Source: Chthoniobacterales bacterium (GTDB lineage Bacteria; Verrucomicrobiota; Verrucomicrobiia; Chthoniobacterales; DASVRZ01). From it: 64,000 nucleotides of DNA. The notes under the pieces are model-generated. The model did not search any database. It was not told where the DNA came from and was given only the letters and a program-made list of their open reading frames with translations. Both the position numbers and the translations under genes were made by a program. Location of the stretch: contig JBBRPA010000013.1 of NCBI GenBank assembly GCA_038228695.1, positions 3,096-67,095 of the forward strand, in the 5' to 3' direction. Of this stretch, positions 34,186 to 44,222 are shown in pieces. Positions within the stretch are counted from its first letter, which is position 1. Each line of letters begins with the position of its first letter.

Positions 34186-35703
34186 TCAGGAAATTTTCAC
34201 GTAATCGAACAAACCCTGACGTCCACCCTCGCGGCCAAAGCCGGATTCTTTGTAGCCACCAAACGGCGATGCGGGATCAAATTTATTGAACGTGTTAGCC
34301 CAAACGACGCCCGCCTGAATGGACGCGGCCATTTTCAAGATTCGCGAGCCTTTGTCGGTCCAGACTCCGGCGGAGAGACCGTAGGCGGTGTTGTTAGCTT
34401 TTTCGATCGCTTCCTCAGGCGTGCGGAAGGTGAGAATAGAAAGGACTGGGCCGAAAATCTCCTCGCGGGCGACGCGATGACTTTGCGTTACGTTGCTGAG
34501 CAAGGTGGGTTTGAAGAAAAATCCCTGCGCTGGGAGTTTGCACGATGGCTGGTAAAGATCTGCCCCTTCGAGAACGCCGACGTTGACTAGCTCGGTGATG
34601 CGGCCCAATTGTTCGCGGGAATTGACCGCACCGATGTCGGTGTTCTTATCGAGTGGATTGCCGACCCGCAACACATCGATGCGGCGGCGGAGTTTTTCGA
34701 TGAACATTTCCGCAATAGATTCTTGCACTAACAACCGGCTGCCCGCGCAACAGACATGCCCCTGATTGAAGAAGATTCCGTTCACCACTCCTTCGACAGC
34801 TTGATCGATTGGCGCATCCTCAAAGACGATGTTAGCTGCCTTGCCGCCTAGCTCCATGGTTAGTTTTTTTCCGAGGCCCGCGAGTTGGCGAATGATGAGT
34901 TTGCCGACGTCGGTCGACCCGGTGAAGGCAACTTTCGCAGCGAGCGGATGTTTGACCAGAGCCGAGCCGGTTTCCCCAGCTCCGGTAACGAAATTCACCA
35001 CGCCCGGTGGTAGATCGGCCTCCTGCAAAATCTCCGCGAGCTTGAGCGCGGTGATCGAAGTCGTTTCGGCCGGCTTGAGCACAACGGTGTTTCCGGCGGC
35101 GAGCGCGGGGCCAAGTTTCCACGCGAGCATGAGCAGCGGAAAATTCCACGGAATGACTTGGCCGACGACGCCGAGCGGCTCGATTTTTTGCGCAGGAATG
35201 GCGTAAGCGAGCTTGTCCGCCCAGCCAGCGTGATAGAAAAAATGCGCCGCCGCGGTTGGCACGTCAAAATCGCGCGATTCCTTGATTGGTTTGCCTCCGT
35301 CGATCGTCTCCGCAACGGCAAATTCGCGAGCACGATCCTGCAAGAGACGAGCGATGCGGAAGAGATATTTGCCGCGCTCGCGCCCCGGCATTTTACCCCA
35401 AGTCTTGTCGTAAGCGCGTTTCGCGGCCTGATAAGCGGCATCGACATCCTCGGCGCCTGCTAACGCGATGTTAGCAATCTTCTTTTCCGTGGCCGGATTA
35501 ATCGACGGGAATGATTTACCACTTTTGGGGGCGACGAATTTTCCGTCGATAAAAAGCGAATAGTCGGCCTTGAGTTTCGGGTCGGCTGTTTCGGGTGCGG
35601 GATCGTATTCCCAGAGATCACCGAAGATGAGCTCGGCCCCGCTTTTCGAGGGAGCTTTAGGCGATGATTTTTGCGCGGTGGCGCGGCGTTCCTTGACTTT
35701 CAT
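34186..35703 (-). CDS. Aldehyde dehydrogenase (NAD(P)+), full length
   Basis: FTGSTDVGK, ELGGKAANIV, catalytic GHVCCAGSR, EEIFGPV, FGGYKESGFGRE. The ATG at 35703 (MKVKERR) lies 4 nt after the deoC stop. Confidence 0.9.
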   Translation of the reverse strand: MKVKERRATAQKSSPKAPSKSGAELIFGDLWEYDPAPETADPKLKADYSLFIDGKFVAPKSGKSFPSINPATEKKIANIALAGAEDVDAAYQAAKRAYDKTWGKMPGRERGKYLFRIARLLQDRAREFAVAETIDGGKPIKESRDFDVPTAAAHFFYHAGWADKLAYAIPAQKIEPLGVVGQVIPWNFPLLMLAWKLGPALAAGNTVVLKPAETTSITALKLAEILQEADLPPGVVNFVTGAGETGSALVKHPLAAKVAFTGSTDVGKLIIRQLAGLGKKLTMELGGKAANIVFEDAPIDQAVEGVVNGIFFNQGHVCCAGSRLLVQESIAEMFIEKLRRRIDVLRVGNPLDKNTDIGAVNSREQLGRITELVNVGVLEGADLYQPSCKLPAQGFFFKPTLLSNVTQSHRVAREEIFGPVLSILTFRTPEEAIEKANNTAYGLSAGVWTDKGSRILKMAASIQAGVVWANTFNKFDPASPFGGYKESGFGREGGRQGLFDYVKIS

Positions 35704-35707
35704 AATG

Positions 35708-36637
35708 TTAGTAAGCGGTGGCGGCCTCGGAGAAATACCATGGCGCTTGGTAGGCTCCGGTGCGCTCTTTTTCGAGTTGGCGGACAAGGTCGTTGAGCAA
35801 AGCGCTAGCTCCGAAACGGTAGCGCGAGTTGGTCAACCAAGCGTCGCCCAGCGTCTCCTTAACTGCGACGAGAAAATGCAACGCCTGCTTAGCGGTGCGA
35901 ATGCCGCCGGCGGGTTTCATGGCAATGGCGCGGCCCGTATTTAGATAGAAATCACGGATCGCTTCGAGCATGACCTGGGTGTTAGCTAACGTCGCATTAA
36001 CCGTCACTTTTCCAGTGCTAGTCTTAATGAAATCGCCCGTTCGGATCACTTCCATAGCAAGAAAGGATGCGACGCGGATGTGATCGTAAGTTTCCAGTTC
36101 TCCGACTTCCAAAATCACTTTCAACCGCGCCTCTCCGCAGGCCTCCACCACCCCGACGATTTCGTCCTGCATCGCGCGATATTCGCCAGCCAGAAATAAG
36201 CCACGGTTGATGACCATGTCGATTTCGTCTGCGCCATCGCCCACCGCGCGTTTCACTTCTTCAAGCCGGAGGCGCAAGGGACTTTGGCCGGAAGGAAAGG
36301 CGGTGGCCACGGACGCGATTTTGACCGGACTAACCGCGCCGAGCGCCTTTCGCGCGTGCCGCACCATAGCTGGATAGACGCACACGGCAGCCGCGCAGGG
36401 CACTTCGCGATCATCGGAGGGCGTGAGCGCTTTTTGACAGAGCGAAATAACTTTCCCAGGCGTGTCTTTCCCCTCGAGCGTAGTGAGATCGACCATCGAA
36501 ACCGCTGTCTTCAAGCCCCAGACTTTGGAGGCTTTCTTGATGCTGCGGGTGGTAAATTTGGCGACGCGCTCCTCGATTCCCACCTGATCAACAGGACCGA
36601 TTTCACGAAGTTTGCGCAACAAGGGGGCGGAACTCAT
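35708..36637 (-). CDS. deoC: Deoxyribose-phosphate aldolase (long form)
   Basis: VDLTTLEG, FPSGQ, DEIDMVINRG, FIKTSTGK (Schiff-base Lys), MKPAGGIR. Start taken at MSSAPLL. Confidence 0.88.
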   Translation of the reverse strand: MSSAPLLRKLREIGPVDQVGIEERVAKFTTRSIKKASKVWGLKTAVSMVDLTTLEGKDTPGKVISLCQKALTPSDDREVPCAAAVCVYPAMVRHARKALGAVSPVKIASVATAFPSGQSPLRLRLEEVKRAVGDGADEIDMVINRGLFLAGEYRAMQDEIVGVVEACGEARLKVILEVGELETYDHIRVASFLAMEVIRTGDFIKTSTGKVTVNATLANTQVMLEAIRDFYLNTGRAIAMKPAGGIRTAKQALHFLVAVKETLGDAWLTNSRYRFGASALLNDLVRQLEKERTGAYQAPWYFSEAATAY

Positions 36638-36723
36638 AGCGGAACAGGCTAGTCTTTTTGAGCGAGCGTGCAAATCATTCCGCTGGGCTGGTCATGTAGC
36701 GGAATTTCGGGTAGGTAAGAGGC

Positions 36724-39117
36724 ATGGCGGAATCCGGTTCGGATGATTTGCAGGGAGTTTTGCGGGAGCAAGAGGAGTTGCGCCAGCGCCTCATCGCGCT
36801 CGATCGCAAAATCGAGGAACTGCGTTCGCCAAAAATCGATCTGCCGCCACCGTTGCCTACTTTAGTAAAGGAGAAGCCCTCGGTTCTCGCGGAGGCGGCT
36901 GCAAATAGGTCCTCTGAGACCTTTGGGACTCATGAGCCAGATCAGACCAATGTGTCTACAAACGTCGTGCCGAAATCTTCGTGGGAGTTTCAACTGGGCA
37001 CGGTCTGGCTGGTGCGAATCGGTATTGTCGTTTTGCTGACGGGCTTGGTTTTTCTGGGGAATTTTGCTTATCGCCACCTTGTTTATTTGCTGGGGCCGTT
37101 TGTGAAGGTGGCGTTTCTTTATTTGCTCGGAGGCGGTCTGGTCTGGATCGGGACGCGACTCGAAAAAGGAGCGGAGGCGTTGCGAAATTATGGACGCGTG
37201 TTGCTCGCGGGTGGCGCGGCGCTGGTTTACTACACGACTTACGGGATGTCGTTCGTGGAGCGACTGCGGGTAATCGAGAGTCCGCTAGTCGGCGGCGTGC
37301 TCTTACTAGTCGTCGGCGGAATGGTCCTGCGGTTGGCGGAGAAGCGGCAGATGCAGTCGGTGGCGTTGATGGCGATTCTGCTTTCTTATTATAGCGCGGC
37401 GATCAATCCGCTGGGGTGGTTTTCGCTTTATTCGAGTCTGCTCCTGACGGCGGCGGCGGTGTGGGTTTTGCTGAAACATCGCTGGACGAAGGTGAGTTTC
37501 CTGAGTCTGGCAGGGACGTATGGGAGCTTTCTGTTTTGGCAGATGAACCGTTCGGGCGGCTCGCCAGTCGCGTTCTGGCCGGCAGCGGCGTTTCTTTTCT
37601 GCTACTGGCTGCTCTTTACCGCGGCGGTGTTTCTGAGTCGGTCGGAGCGGTTTCCGCCGTCTGAACGGACACCGTTTCTCACGATCAACAACGGCGCATT
37701 CTACGCCCTGGCTTGGCAACTCATCCACGCCAGCCATCCGGGTTGGGACGGGCGTTTTTCGCTCGGTTTCGGGGCAATTTTGCTCGTGCTCGCAGCGGTC
37801 GCCCGACGGCGGGAGAGCGGCGATTTATTTCTCGATGGCGTGTATCTGACGCAGGGCTTGGGCGTAATCACGTTCGGATTGTTGACGGAATTGCACGGCT
37901 ATCAACTGGCCGTTGCGCTGGCGATCGAGGGAACGATGATGTTGTTCGCGATCAACCGTCGCCACGGCTGGATTTACGAAGTGGGCGCGGCGGTGGTGAC
38001 GCTGCTGGGTTTTCTTACCGGATGGACCCGGGGCCTTTCCCTCCAGCACGAGCAGTCGGTCTGGTGGACGTTGTTGGGAATCTTCGTGGCCGACGCCTGG
38101 TTGGAACGACATTGGAAGAAACGGACCACGCCCGTGGCGGTGAGCTGGCCGGCGGTGGGATACAGTGCGCTGGCTGTTTTCCAACTGATCCTGATTTTCT
38201 CGAAATACCGGCCGGCCGGTGGGCGGGAGATGGATTACTGCCTCGCGACGCTGGCTCTGCTAGGTTTGGGTGGGCTGCTGAAGTTGCGCGAACTGGCGGT
38301 GGCGGGTCAGTTTTTGACCGTGCTGGTTTCGGGTCTTTATCTGATTTACCAACCGGGCGGTGGCCATCCGGCAGCGACGCATTTCGCAGCGATCGCGCTG
38401 CCCTTGGTGCTGGTGCATTGGTGGCAATGGCAAAGGGTGGAAATCGGCTACTACGACTGGCGGAAAGGCGGTCAGTGGATCTTCACGTTGCTTTTCCTCG
38501 GGGTCGCTGGGCGCTGGATATTTGATCACGCAGCGGGGGCGCGGCTGAGTTTCTATCTGGCGGCGTTTGCGCTCGGGGTAATGCTCCACGGCCGTTGGAC
38601 GGGAATCCGAATCCTGTCGCTCGGGGGACTGGCCGCGCTATGGGGCTCGGTGGCGGTTTTCTTCCTCCACGCCGTGACGCAGCCGCCGACGTTTTCCTGG
38701 CTGGCTGCGGGTGCGGTAGCGATTTATCTAATCACCGAGCGGTTGATCCGCCATGATTTCGTGCCCGCTTTTTTTCGCGGAACGGTCCGGCGCGGGTTGA
38801 TCTTGGCCGGGACACTTGGCGTTTGGCTGGAATGGAATCGCTGGATCGGGTTTTCCGGGTCGCATTTTCCAAAAACGCTCGCATGGGCGGCCATCGGAAC
38901 TGGGGCGTTGTGCATTGGCCTCGCGCTGCGGGAACGGACCTACCGCTTGTGTGGCCTGGGCCTGCTCGCGCTGTCCGTTTTGCGTATTTTCCTGAATGAC
39001 ATCTGGGGCCTCGATCCGATCTTCCGGATTCTGAGTTTCACCGGTCTGGGTATCGCGCTGCTCGGGCTCGGATTCATCTACAACAAATTCGCCGATAAAT
39101 TAAGGGAGTGGCTCTAA
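36724..39117 (+). CDS. DUF2339-like polytopic membrane protein
   Basis: N-terminal coiled coil (LRQRLIALDRKIEELR) followed by >20 hydrophobic segments; 797 aa. Confidence 0.8.
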   Translation: MAESGSDDLQGVLREQEELRQRLIALDRKIEELRSPKIDLPPPLPTLVKEKPSVLAEAAANRSSETFGTHEPDQTNVSTNVVPKSSWEFQLGTVWLVRIGIVVLLTGLVFLGNFAYRHLVYLLGPFVKVAFLYLLGGGLVWIGTRLEKGAEALRNYGRVLLAGGAALVYYTTYGMSFVERLRVIESPLVGGVLLLVVGGMVLRLAEKRQMQSVALMAILLSYYSAAINPLGWFSLYSSLLLTAAAVWVLLKHRWTKVSFLSLAGTYGSFLFWQMNRSGGSPVAFWPAAAFLFCYWLLFTAAVFLSRSERFPPSERTPFLTINNGAFYALAWQLIHASHPGWDGRFSLGFGAILLVLAAVARRRESGDLFLDGVYLTQGLGVITFGLLTELHGYQLAVALAIEGTMMLFAINRRHGWIYEVGAAVVTLLGFLTGWTRGLSLQHEQSVWWTLLGIFVADAWLERHWKKRTTPVAVSWPAVGYSALAVFQLILIFSKYRPAGGREMDYCLATLALLGLGGLLKLRELAVAGQFLTVLVSGLYLIYQPGGGHPAATHFAAIALPLVLVHWWQWQRVEIGYYDWRKGGQWIFTLLFLGVAGRWIFDHAAGARLSFYLAAFALGVMLHGRWTGIRILSLGGLAALWGSVAVFFLHAVTQPPTFSWLAAGAVAIYLITERLIRHDFVPAFFRGTVRRGLILAGTLGVWLEWNRWIGFSGSHFPKTLAWAAIGTGALCIGLALRERTYRLCGLGLLALSVLRIFLNDIWGLDPIFRILSFTGLGIALLGLGFIYNKFADKLREWL

Positions 39118-39120
39118 AAT

Positions 39121-39152
39121 AAAAAAGGCACGACCGAAGCCGTGCCTTTTTC
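39121..39152. terminator. Bidirectional intrinsic terminator between the DUF2339 gene and acpP
   Basis: AAAAAA-GGCACG-accgaagc-CGTGCC-TTTTT. The A-tract and T-tract flank a GC stem, so it works on both strands. Confidence 0.7.
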
Positions 39153-39173
39153 AAAACGATGGGGAAGAAGTCC

Positions 39174-39416
39174 TTACTTGGCTTTTTCTTCGATGTATTT
39201 GACGACATCTCCGACGCTTTGGAGTTTCTCCGCGTCTTCATCGGGAACTTCGACATTGAATTCCTCTTCGAATGCCATCACGAGTTCGACCGTGTCCAAG
39301 GAATCGGCACCGAGGTCTTCGATGAACGAGGCCGAGGAAACGACTTGCTCTGGGTTGACGCCGAGTTGCTCGACGATGATATCTTTAACTTTTTCTTCGA
39401 CTGATTTATCCGACAT
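39174..39416 (-). CDS. acpP: Acyl carrier protein
   Basis: 80 aa; [19 protein letters not shown] with the phosphopantetheine Ser. Confidence 0.95.
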   Translation of the reverse strand: MSDKSVEEKVKDIIVEQLGVNPEQVVSSASFIEDLGADSLDTVELVMAFEEEFNVEVPDEDAEKLQSVGDVVKYIEEKAK

Positions 39417-39579
39417 AATTTTTTTGAGAGTTGGTGAAAGCTAGGGTTATTGCTAAGGGGCTACGCTTAATAACGTTCGGGCGGCTTGGCAACATATAAA
39501 TTTTGAGTTTTTTTTCTTTTTCGCACGCCTTTCAGAAAATACTCCGGTAACTTCTCGTCCCCAAGCCAAAAAAACCACC

Positions 39580-41409
39580 ATGAGCGACGATCAAAAACCC
39601 GCACCCGACACGTCCTTGAACACGCTGGACCTCAAGTTCTTGCCGTCTTGGTTGAAAGAAGACAGCAGCGCCCCGCCCAATTACGCAAATTTCGATGGCG
39701 AAGACCGTCCCTCTGGGCGGGATCGTCGCGACGGACGTAGCGGTGACCGGCGCGGACCACGCCCCGGCGGACCTTCCCAAGACAAACGCGGCTCGCAGCG
39801 CCCCCCGCAAGGCGCACGCCCGGGGCCTGGCGGTCAGCGACCTCCGGAAAACCGCGGTCCGCGCCGCTCCGAAGGTGGCCGGCCCGACTCAAAAGGCCCC
39901 CGTCGCAGCGGTCCGCCCGATCGGCAGCAAGATCGACGCTCCGATCAACGCCCAGCGCACCCAGAGGAACGGCCCGCCCACGTCACGGTCAGCTTTTTAC
40001 CGGAGGAACACGCGCTCGAAAAAGTCACCGAGCAACTCAAATCTGCACCAATCGCCTACCCGCTTTTCGGCGTCGCGAAAATGTTTCTGCAACGTCCCGA
40101 GCGCCATCATGTCGTCGTAAAGACCCAACCCGGCGCAAAGCTCTTTAAACTCGAAAGCACGTCGCATCTTTCCACCGACCGCCACCGCTTGGAACTGATC
40201 GCCTTCCAGGAATTGTGGAAAAATTATTTCCGCGTCGAAGTCACCGAAGCCCCAGAGATCAAAGGCAACTTCACCTCGGTCGCCCGGAGCCGCCTGACCG
40301 GCAAAGTTTTCGGCCCGACCAGCCACCATTCCTTCCAACCCGCCCTCCACAAGGAATACGAGGAGCGCTTCAGCCGCCGGATGAGTTTTGCGGAGTATAA
40401 GAGCAACCTCGAAACCACGAACAATCCCGAGGCCATCGAGCTCTGGAAAACCGAATCGCGCCGCGTAGAAAAGTATCATCTGCTGACGGAATCGGAAATC
40501 GCCGCCCTGTCCGCGCCTCCCGTCGAAGTATCGGAAACTCCAGAAACGCCGTCCACTGACGCGACCGCCGATTCCGCAATTTCCGCTCCTGCCGCCGAGG
40601 AGAATGGCGAGCCCGTTGTCGAGGATTCTGCGACCGTCGAAGCCCCTGCCGAAACAGTCGAATCCACGAGCGCCGAGTCGGCACCTGAACCGGAGGCTAT
40701 CGCCGAGGTCTCCACCGAACTGGAAACCGAACCCACCGCCGAACCATCCGAAGAACTTGCCGCAACGCCCGCACCATCCGGAAAGTCATTCGCTACTAAA
40801 GCCGAAGCCGAGGACCATTTTCGCAAGGAGATTTTACCGACTCTGATTGTCGAAGTAGAAACCGAGACGCTCACCGGACCTGCCGCGCGCCATCTCACCG
40901 ACCGCCGTTTGGGTGCGTCCATTCGCACGGCTTGGGAATCCGAAAGTCGCTACCCACTCGGCCTCGTCAACGCCATCCGGGTGAAGTTCAACGAGCAAAA
41001 CCTCCACATCTTCAAATTCAAGAAGAAGGTCCTGCTTATTTCCTCGCTGAAACCTGCCTATTTGGACGACCGATCGGAGTCCCTCTCGCCTTCCATCAAG
41101 ACCGTTTTGCAAACCATCCACGCCCAACCCGGAATCGACCGGAAAGGTCTGGCCGAGAAAATTTTGGGCAACAATGTGGGCGCCACCGAGGACGAAAAAC
41201 TCTCTCTCAAGCACTCCTTAATCAGTGATCTTTACTGGCTCGTTCGTCAGGGAAACGTGATCGAGTTTTCAGACGGAACCTTCGATTTGCCGATGGGCCC
41301 GAAGGCGCTCCAAGCGGAAGCTGCGGCAGAAGCCAAAGCGAAAGAAACGCCAGTTCTGCAAGCCGAAACTGCGATTGAATCCACGTCGAACCTCGAACAG
41401 GAGCAGTAA
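39580..41409 (+). CDS. Hypothetical protein with an Arg/Gly/Pro-rich N-terminus and an acidic low-complexity linker
   Basis: 609-aa clean ORF. Residues ~40-130 are RGP-rich and ~315-400 are Glu/Thr/Pro/Ala-rich, with two apparently folded regions between and after. I recognise no family. Confidence 0.7.
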   Translation: MSDDQKPAPDTSLNTLDLKFLPSWLKEDSSAPPNYANFDGEDRPSGRDRRDGRSGDRRGPRPGGPSQDKRGSQRPPQGARPGPGGQRPPENRGPRRSEGGRPDSKGPRRSGPPDRQQDRRSDQRPAHPEERPAHVTVSFLPEEHALEKVTEQLKSAPIAYPLFGVAKMFLQRPERHHVVVKTQPGAKLFKLESTSHLSTDRHRLELIAFQELWKNYFRVEVTEAPEIKGNFTSVARSRLTGKVFGPTSHHSFQPALHKEYEERFSRRMSFAEYKSNLETTNNPEAIELWKTESRRVEKYHLLTESEIAALSAPPVEVSETPETPSTDATADSAISAPAAEENGEPVVEDSATVEAPAETVESTSAESAPEPEAIAEVSTELETEPTAEPSEELAATPAPSGKSFATKAEAEDHFRKEILPTLIVEVETETLTGPAARHLTDRRLGASIRTAWESESRYPLGLVNAIRVKFNEQNLHIFKFKKKVLLISSLKPAYLDDRSESLSPSIKTVLQTIHAQPGIDRKGLAEKILGNNVGATEDEKLSLKHSLISDLYWLVRQGNVIEFSDGTFDLPMGPKALQAEAAAEAKAKETPVLQAETAIESTSNLEQEQ

Positions 41410-41431
41410 GCCGCCTCAAACGACTTCACCG

Positions 41432-41881
41432 ATGCCTGTCTTCGAACGCGTGACCGAACTGGCAGCCGTTCCAGAGGAGGTTTTCACCTTCCACGAAAAC
41501 CCTCAGAACATCCGCAAAATCAGCCCGTTTTTTCTTCACGTCGTTGAAGTTATGGCAAGCCCCGAGGCCAAAATCAATGACGTGTTCACGCTCCGCCTCC
41601 GCATCTTCGGCTGGCCTCTGACTTGGACAGGGAAATGGGCTGAAGTCCAAAACCCGACGCTCCTGATCGACACGGCATCGCTGTTTCCATTTCGCAAATG
41701 GCGTCACGAACATCATTTCGAGGAGATTTCAGGCGGAACCAGGATGCGCGATGTGGTGACCTATGAACTTCCCTTCGGCTGGCTCGGGCGGGTTTTGGCC
41801 AGCACGGTTTTCCGACTGCAACTGATCATCATGTTTGCCGGACGACACAGCGCCACGAGAGCGTATTTCGCCCGCCGGTGA
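41432..41881 (+). CDS. SRPBCC (START/cyclase-dehydrase-like) family protein
   Basis: MPVFERVTELAAVPEEVFTFHENPQN...WRHEHHFE pattern typical of SRPBCC ligand-binding proteins. Confidence 0.75.
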   Translation: MPVFERVTELAAVPEEVFTFHENPQNIRKISPFFLHVVEVMASPEAKINDVFTLRLRIFGWPLTWTGKWAEVQNPTLLIDTASLFPFRKWRHEHHFEEISGGTRMRDVVTYELPFGWLGRVLASTVFRLQLIIMFAGRHSATRAYFARR

Positions 41882-41887
41882 TCGGCT

Positions 41888-43984
41888 TCAGTTCTCCTCC
41901 AAGTGGGCGCTGATTGCCTTGAGAAAGCGCGGCAGAACGGTTTCCGCCTTCACCGGACCCACGCCTTTGATCCGCAGCGCCGCCTCAGCCGTTCGCGGCT
42001 TCAATCGGGAAAATGCTTCGAGCACCACATCCGCAAAAATCACATACGACGGAACCTTGTTTTCCTCCGCCAAATCCGCCCGGACCCGCTTCAAGCTGGC
42101 CAGCAAATCGTGGTCAACCGGAATAGCTAGCGCCCCTGCGGGATCGCCCACTGCGAGTTCCATCGTCTCGGGCCAGCGCAACGTGTAATCGCGCTCGCCT
42201 TTCATGACCTGCCCTCCAAACGGAGTCAGCGTTAGGAGCGGATACGGCCCGCCCGTGGCCAGCACCAATCCGCTCTCCTGCAGACTGCGAAAAAGCTCGT
42301 TGAGATAGGCCGCCCCGTGAGATTTGAGTAATCCGTGGGTAGAAAGTCGGTCCAGCCCCGCGCCAAGAATTTCCCGGGAACGGCTCCCCAGCAGCGTCTG
42401 CACGATCCGACCTTTGCCGTAGCGCGCCTGCCAATCACCGCCGACAAGCTGACTCATCCGGGCCACGCCGCTAAGGGCTTTTTGGACAAGAACCGCCTCA
42501 AACTCCGTCGGCCCTCGCGCCCCAGAACGGTCGTCGGAGCTGCAAATATCGCAGTTACCGCAACGGGTCGCCCCTTCGTCGCCGAAATACTCGAGGATCA
42601 TCTCCTGCCGACAACGGCGGCCGTAGCATAAATCCACCATCGCCCGCAGTTTTTCGCGGTCGCGCTTTTCTTTCTCCTTGAGCGGCTCGAAATCGATTTT
42701 TAACTCCCGCGCGCTACGCTCCTTCTGCAGCACGCGAGTCCCCCGCACGCGCTGGCCCGGCACGTCAAACCGCTCGATCGCGCCCGCCCGGTCGAGCACG
42801 GAAAGCGCCGATCCGACCGACATTTCGTTCACGTCCTCGCCCACCGCCTCCGCAATCTCGCGAATCGGTTTCATGATCACTCCCTCGGCGTCGCACAAAC
42901 CACGTAGCCGCTCGTAAACGTCCAAAATCAATTTCGACGACGGATTACTGCCTTCGATGAAAAAATCCTGCACTCGCGTGTCGGCGAAGTTGAAGAATAA
43001 CTCGCAAACCGCCGGTTCCCCGTCGCGGCCAGCGCGGCCTGCTTCCTGATAGTAGGCCTCGACGCTGCCTGGAAGCTCGAAATGCGCTACGAAACGGATG
43101 TCCGAGCGGTCGATTCCCATTCCAAAAGCGTTCGTCGCGATCGCGAGATCCGCCTTTCCATCGACGAACTGATTTTGCGCCTCGGTGCGCGCCTCATCGC
43201 CTAGGCCGCCGTGGTAAACGACCAGTTTGACGCCTTTTCCCTGCAACTCGGCCGCCACCGCTTCGACGCGTTTGCGAGTCGCGCAATAAACCACTCCGGT
43301 GCGGTGCTCGGCGATGAGCGCTTTTAGCCGATCGTATTTCTGCGCCTCGGAAGTCGTGTGCGTAATCCCAAAACGGAGGTTAGGCCGGGCAAAACCAGCG
43401 ACAAATTCAACCGGATCGCGCAGTTTCAGTCGTTGCAGAATGTCCGCCCGAACGACCGGCGTGGCCGTCGCAGTGAAAGCGGCCGCCTGAGGATGACCGA
43501 GTTCCTCGAGGACGTTCCCGAGCCGAAAATAATCGGGGCGGAAATCATGGCCCCACATGGAAAGACAATGCGCCTCATCGACTGCGAACAGCGCAATCTT
43601 GATTCCCGCCAACGTCCGCATGAACGCCTGGCTGCGAAATCGCTCCGGAGCGATGTAAACCAGCTTGTAGCGCCCCTGCTCCATTCCGCGCATGACTTCG
43701 CGCTGACCTTCGAGCGAGAGCGAACTGTTGATCAGCGCCGCCGGAATCCCCTTGTCGGCAAGCCCATCGACCTGATCCTTCATCAGCGCGATCAAAGGCG
43801 AAACCACAATCGTCACGCCTTCGAGCAACATCGCCGGCAATTGGAAACAGAGCGACTTGCCGCCGCCCGTCGGCATGACCGTTAAAACGTCTTTCCCGTC
43901 GAGGATGGCGCGAACAACCGACTCCTGGGCATCGAGAAATTCCCGAAACCCGAAATGTTTTTCTAAAGCAGCGCGCGCATCCAC
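41888..43984 (-). CDS. recQ: ATP-dependent DNA helicase RecQ
   Basis: PTGGGKSLCFQLP, DEAHCLSMWGHDFRPDY, Zn-binding CRRCRQ...CGNCDIC, C-terminal HRDC region; 698 aa. Confidence 0.93.
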   Translation of the reverse strand: MDARAALEKHFGFREFLDAQESVVRAILDGKDVLTVMPTGGGKSLCFQLPAMLLEGVTIVVSPLIALMKDQVDGLADKGIPAALINSSLSLEGQREVMRGMEQGRYKLVYIAPERFRSQAFMRTLAGIKIALFAVDEAHCLSMWGHDFRPDYFRLGNVLEELGHPQAAAFTATATPVVRADILQRLKLRDPVEFVAGFARPNLRFGITHTTSEAQKYDRLKALIAEHRTGVVYCATRKRVEAVAAELQGKGVKLVVYHGGLGDEARTEAQNQFVDGKADLAIATNAFGMGIDRSDIRFVAHFELPGSVEAYYQEAGRAGRDGEPAVCELFFNFADTRVQDFFIEGSNPSSKLILDVYERLRGLCDAEGVIMKPIREIAEAVGEDVNEMSVGSALSVLDRAGAIERFDVPGQRVRGTRVLQKERSARELKIDFEPLKEKEKRDREKLRAMVDLCYGRRCRQEMILEYFGDEGATRCGNCDICSSDDRSGARGPTEFEAVLVQKALSGVARMSQLVGGDWQARYGKGRIVQTLLGSRSREILGAGLDRLSTHGLLKSHGAAYLNELFRSLQESGLVLATGGPYPLLTLTPFGGQVMKGERDYTLRWPETMELAVGDPAGALAIPVDHDLLASLKRVRADLAEENKVPSYVIFADVVLEAFSRLKPRTAEAALRIKGVGPVKAETVLPRFLKAISAHLEEN

Positions 43985-44082
43985 CGGACGCTCACTTTTT
44001 CTGAATCAACCGACCGACGCAAGGCGCGATTCCTCGGAAACGGCCAGAATCGGATAATCGGTGTAGCCTTCCGTTCTGCCGT

Positions 44083-44208
44083 CTAGCATTTCGATTCTTT
44101 TTTACAGCACGACATCTTTTCCGAGGATGTGTCGCATTTTTTGCCCCCGGTGGCGCAACCAGAAAGTGTCAGGGCAACGAGAGTGGTCAAGAGAGCGAGT
44201 TTTTTCAT
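44083..44208 (-). CDS. Small Cys/Lys-rich lipoprotein (41 aa)
   Basis: Below the ORF-track cutoff. My translation is MKKLALLTTLVALTLSGC (lipobox) ATGGKKCDTSSEKMSCCKKESKC*. Confidence 0.5.
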   Translation of the reverse strand: MKKLALLTTLVALTLSGCATGGKKCDTSSEKMSCCKKESKC

Positions 44209-44222
44209 GATCTTACCAACCG

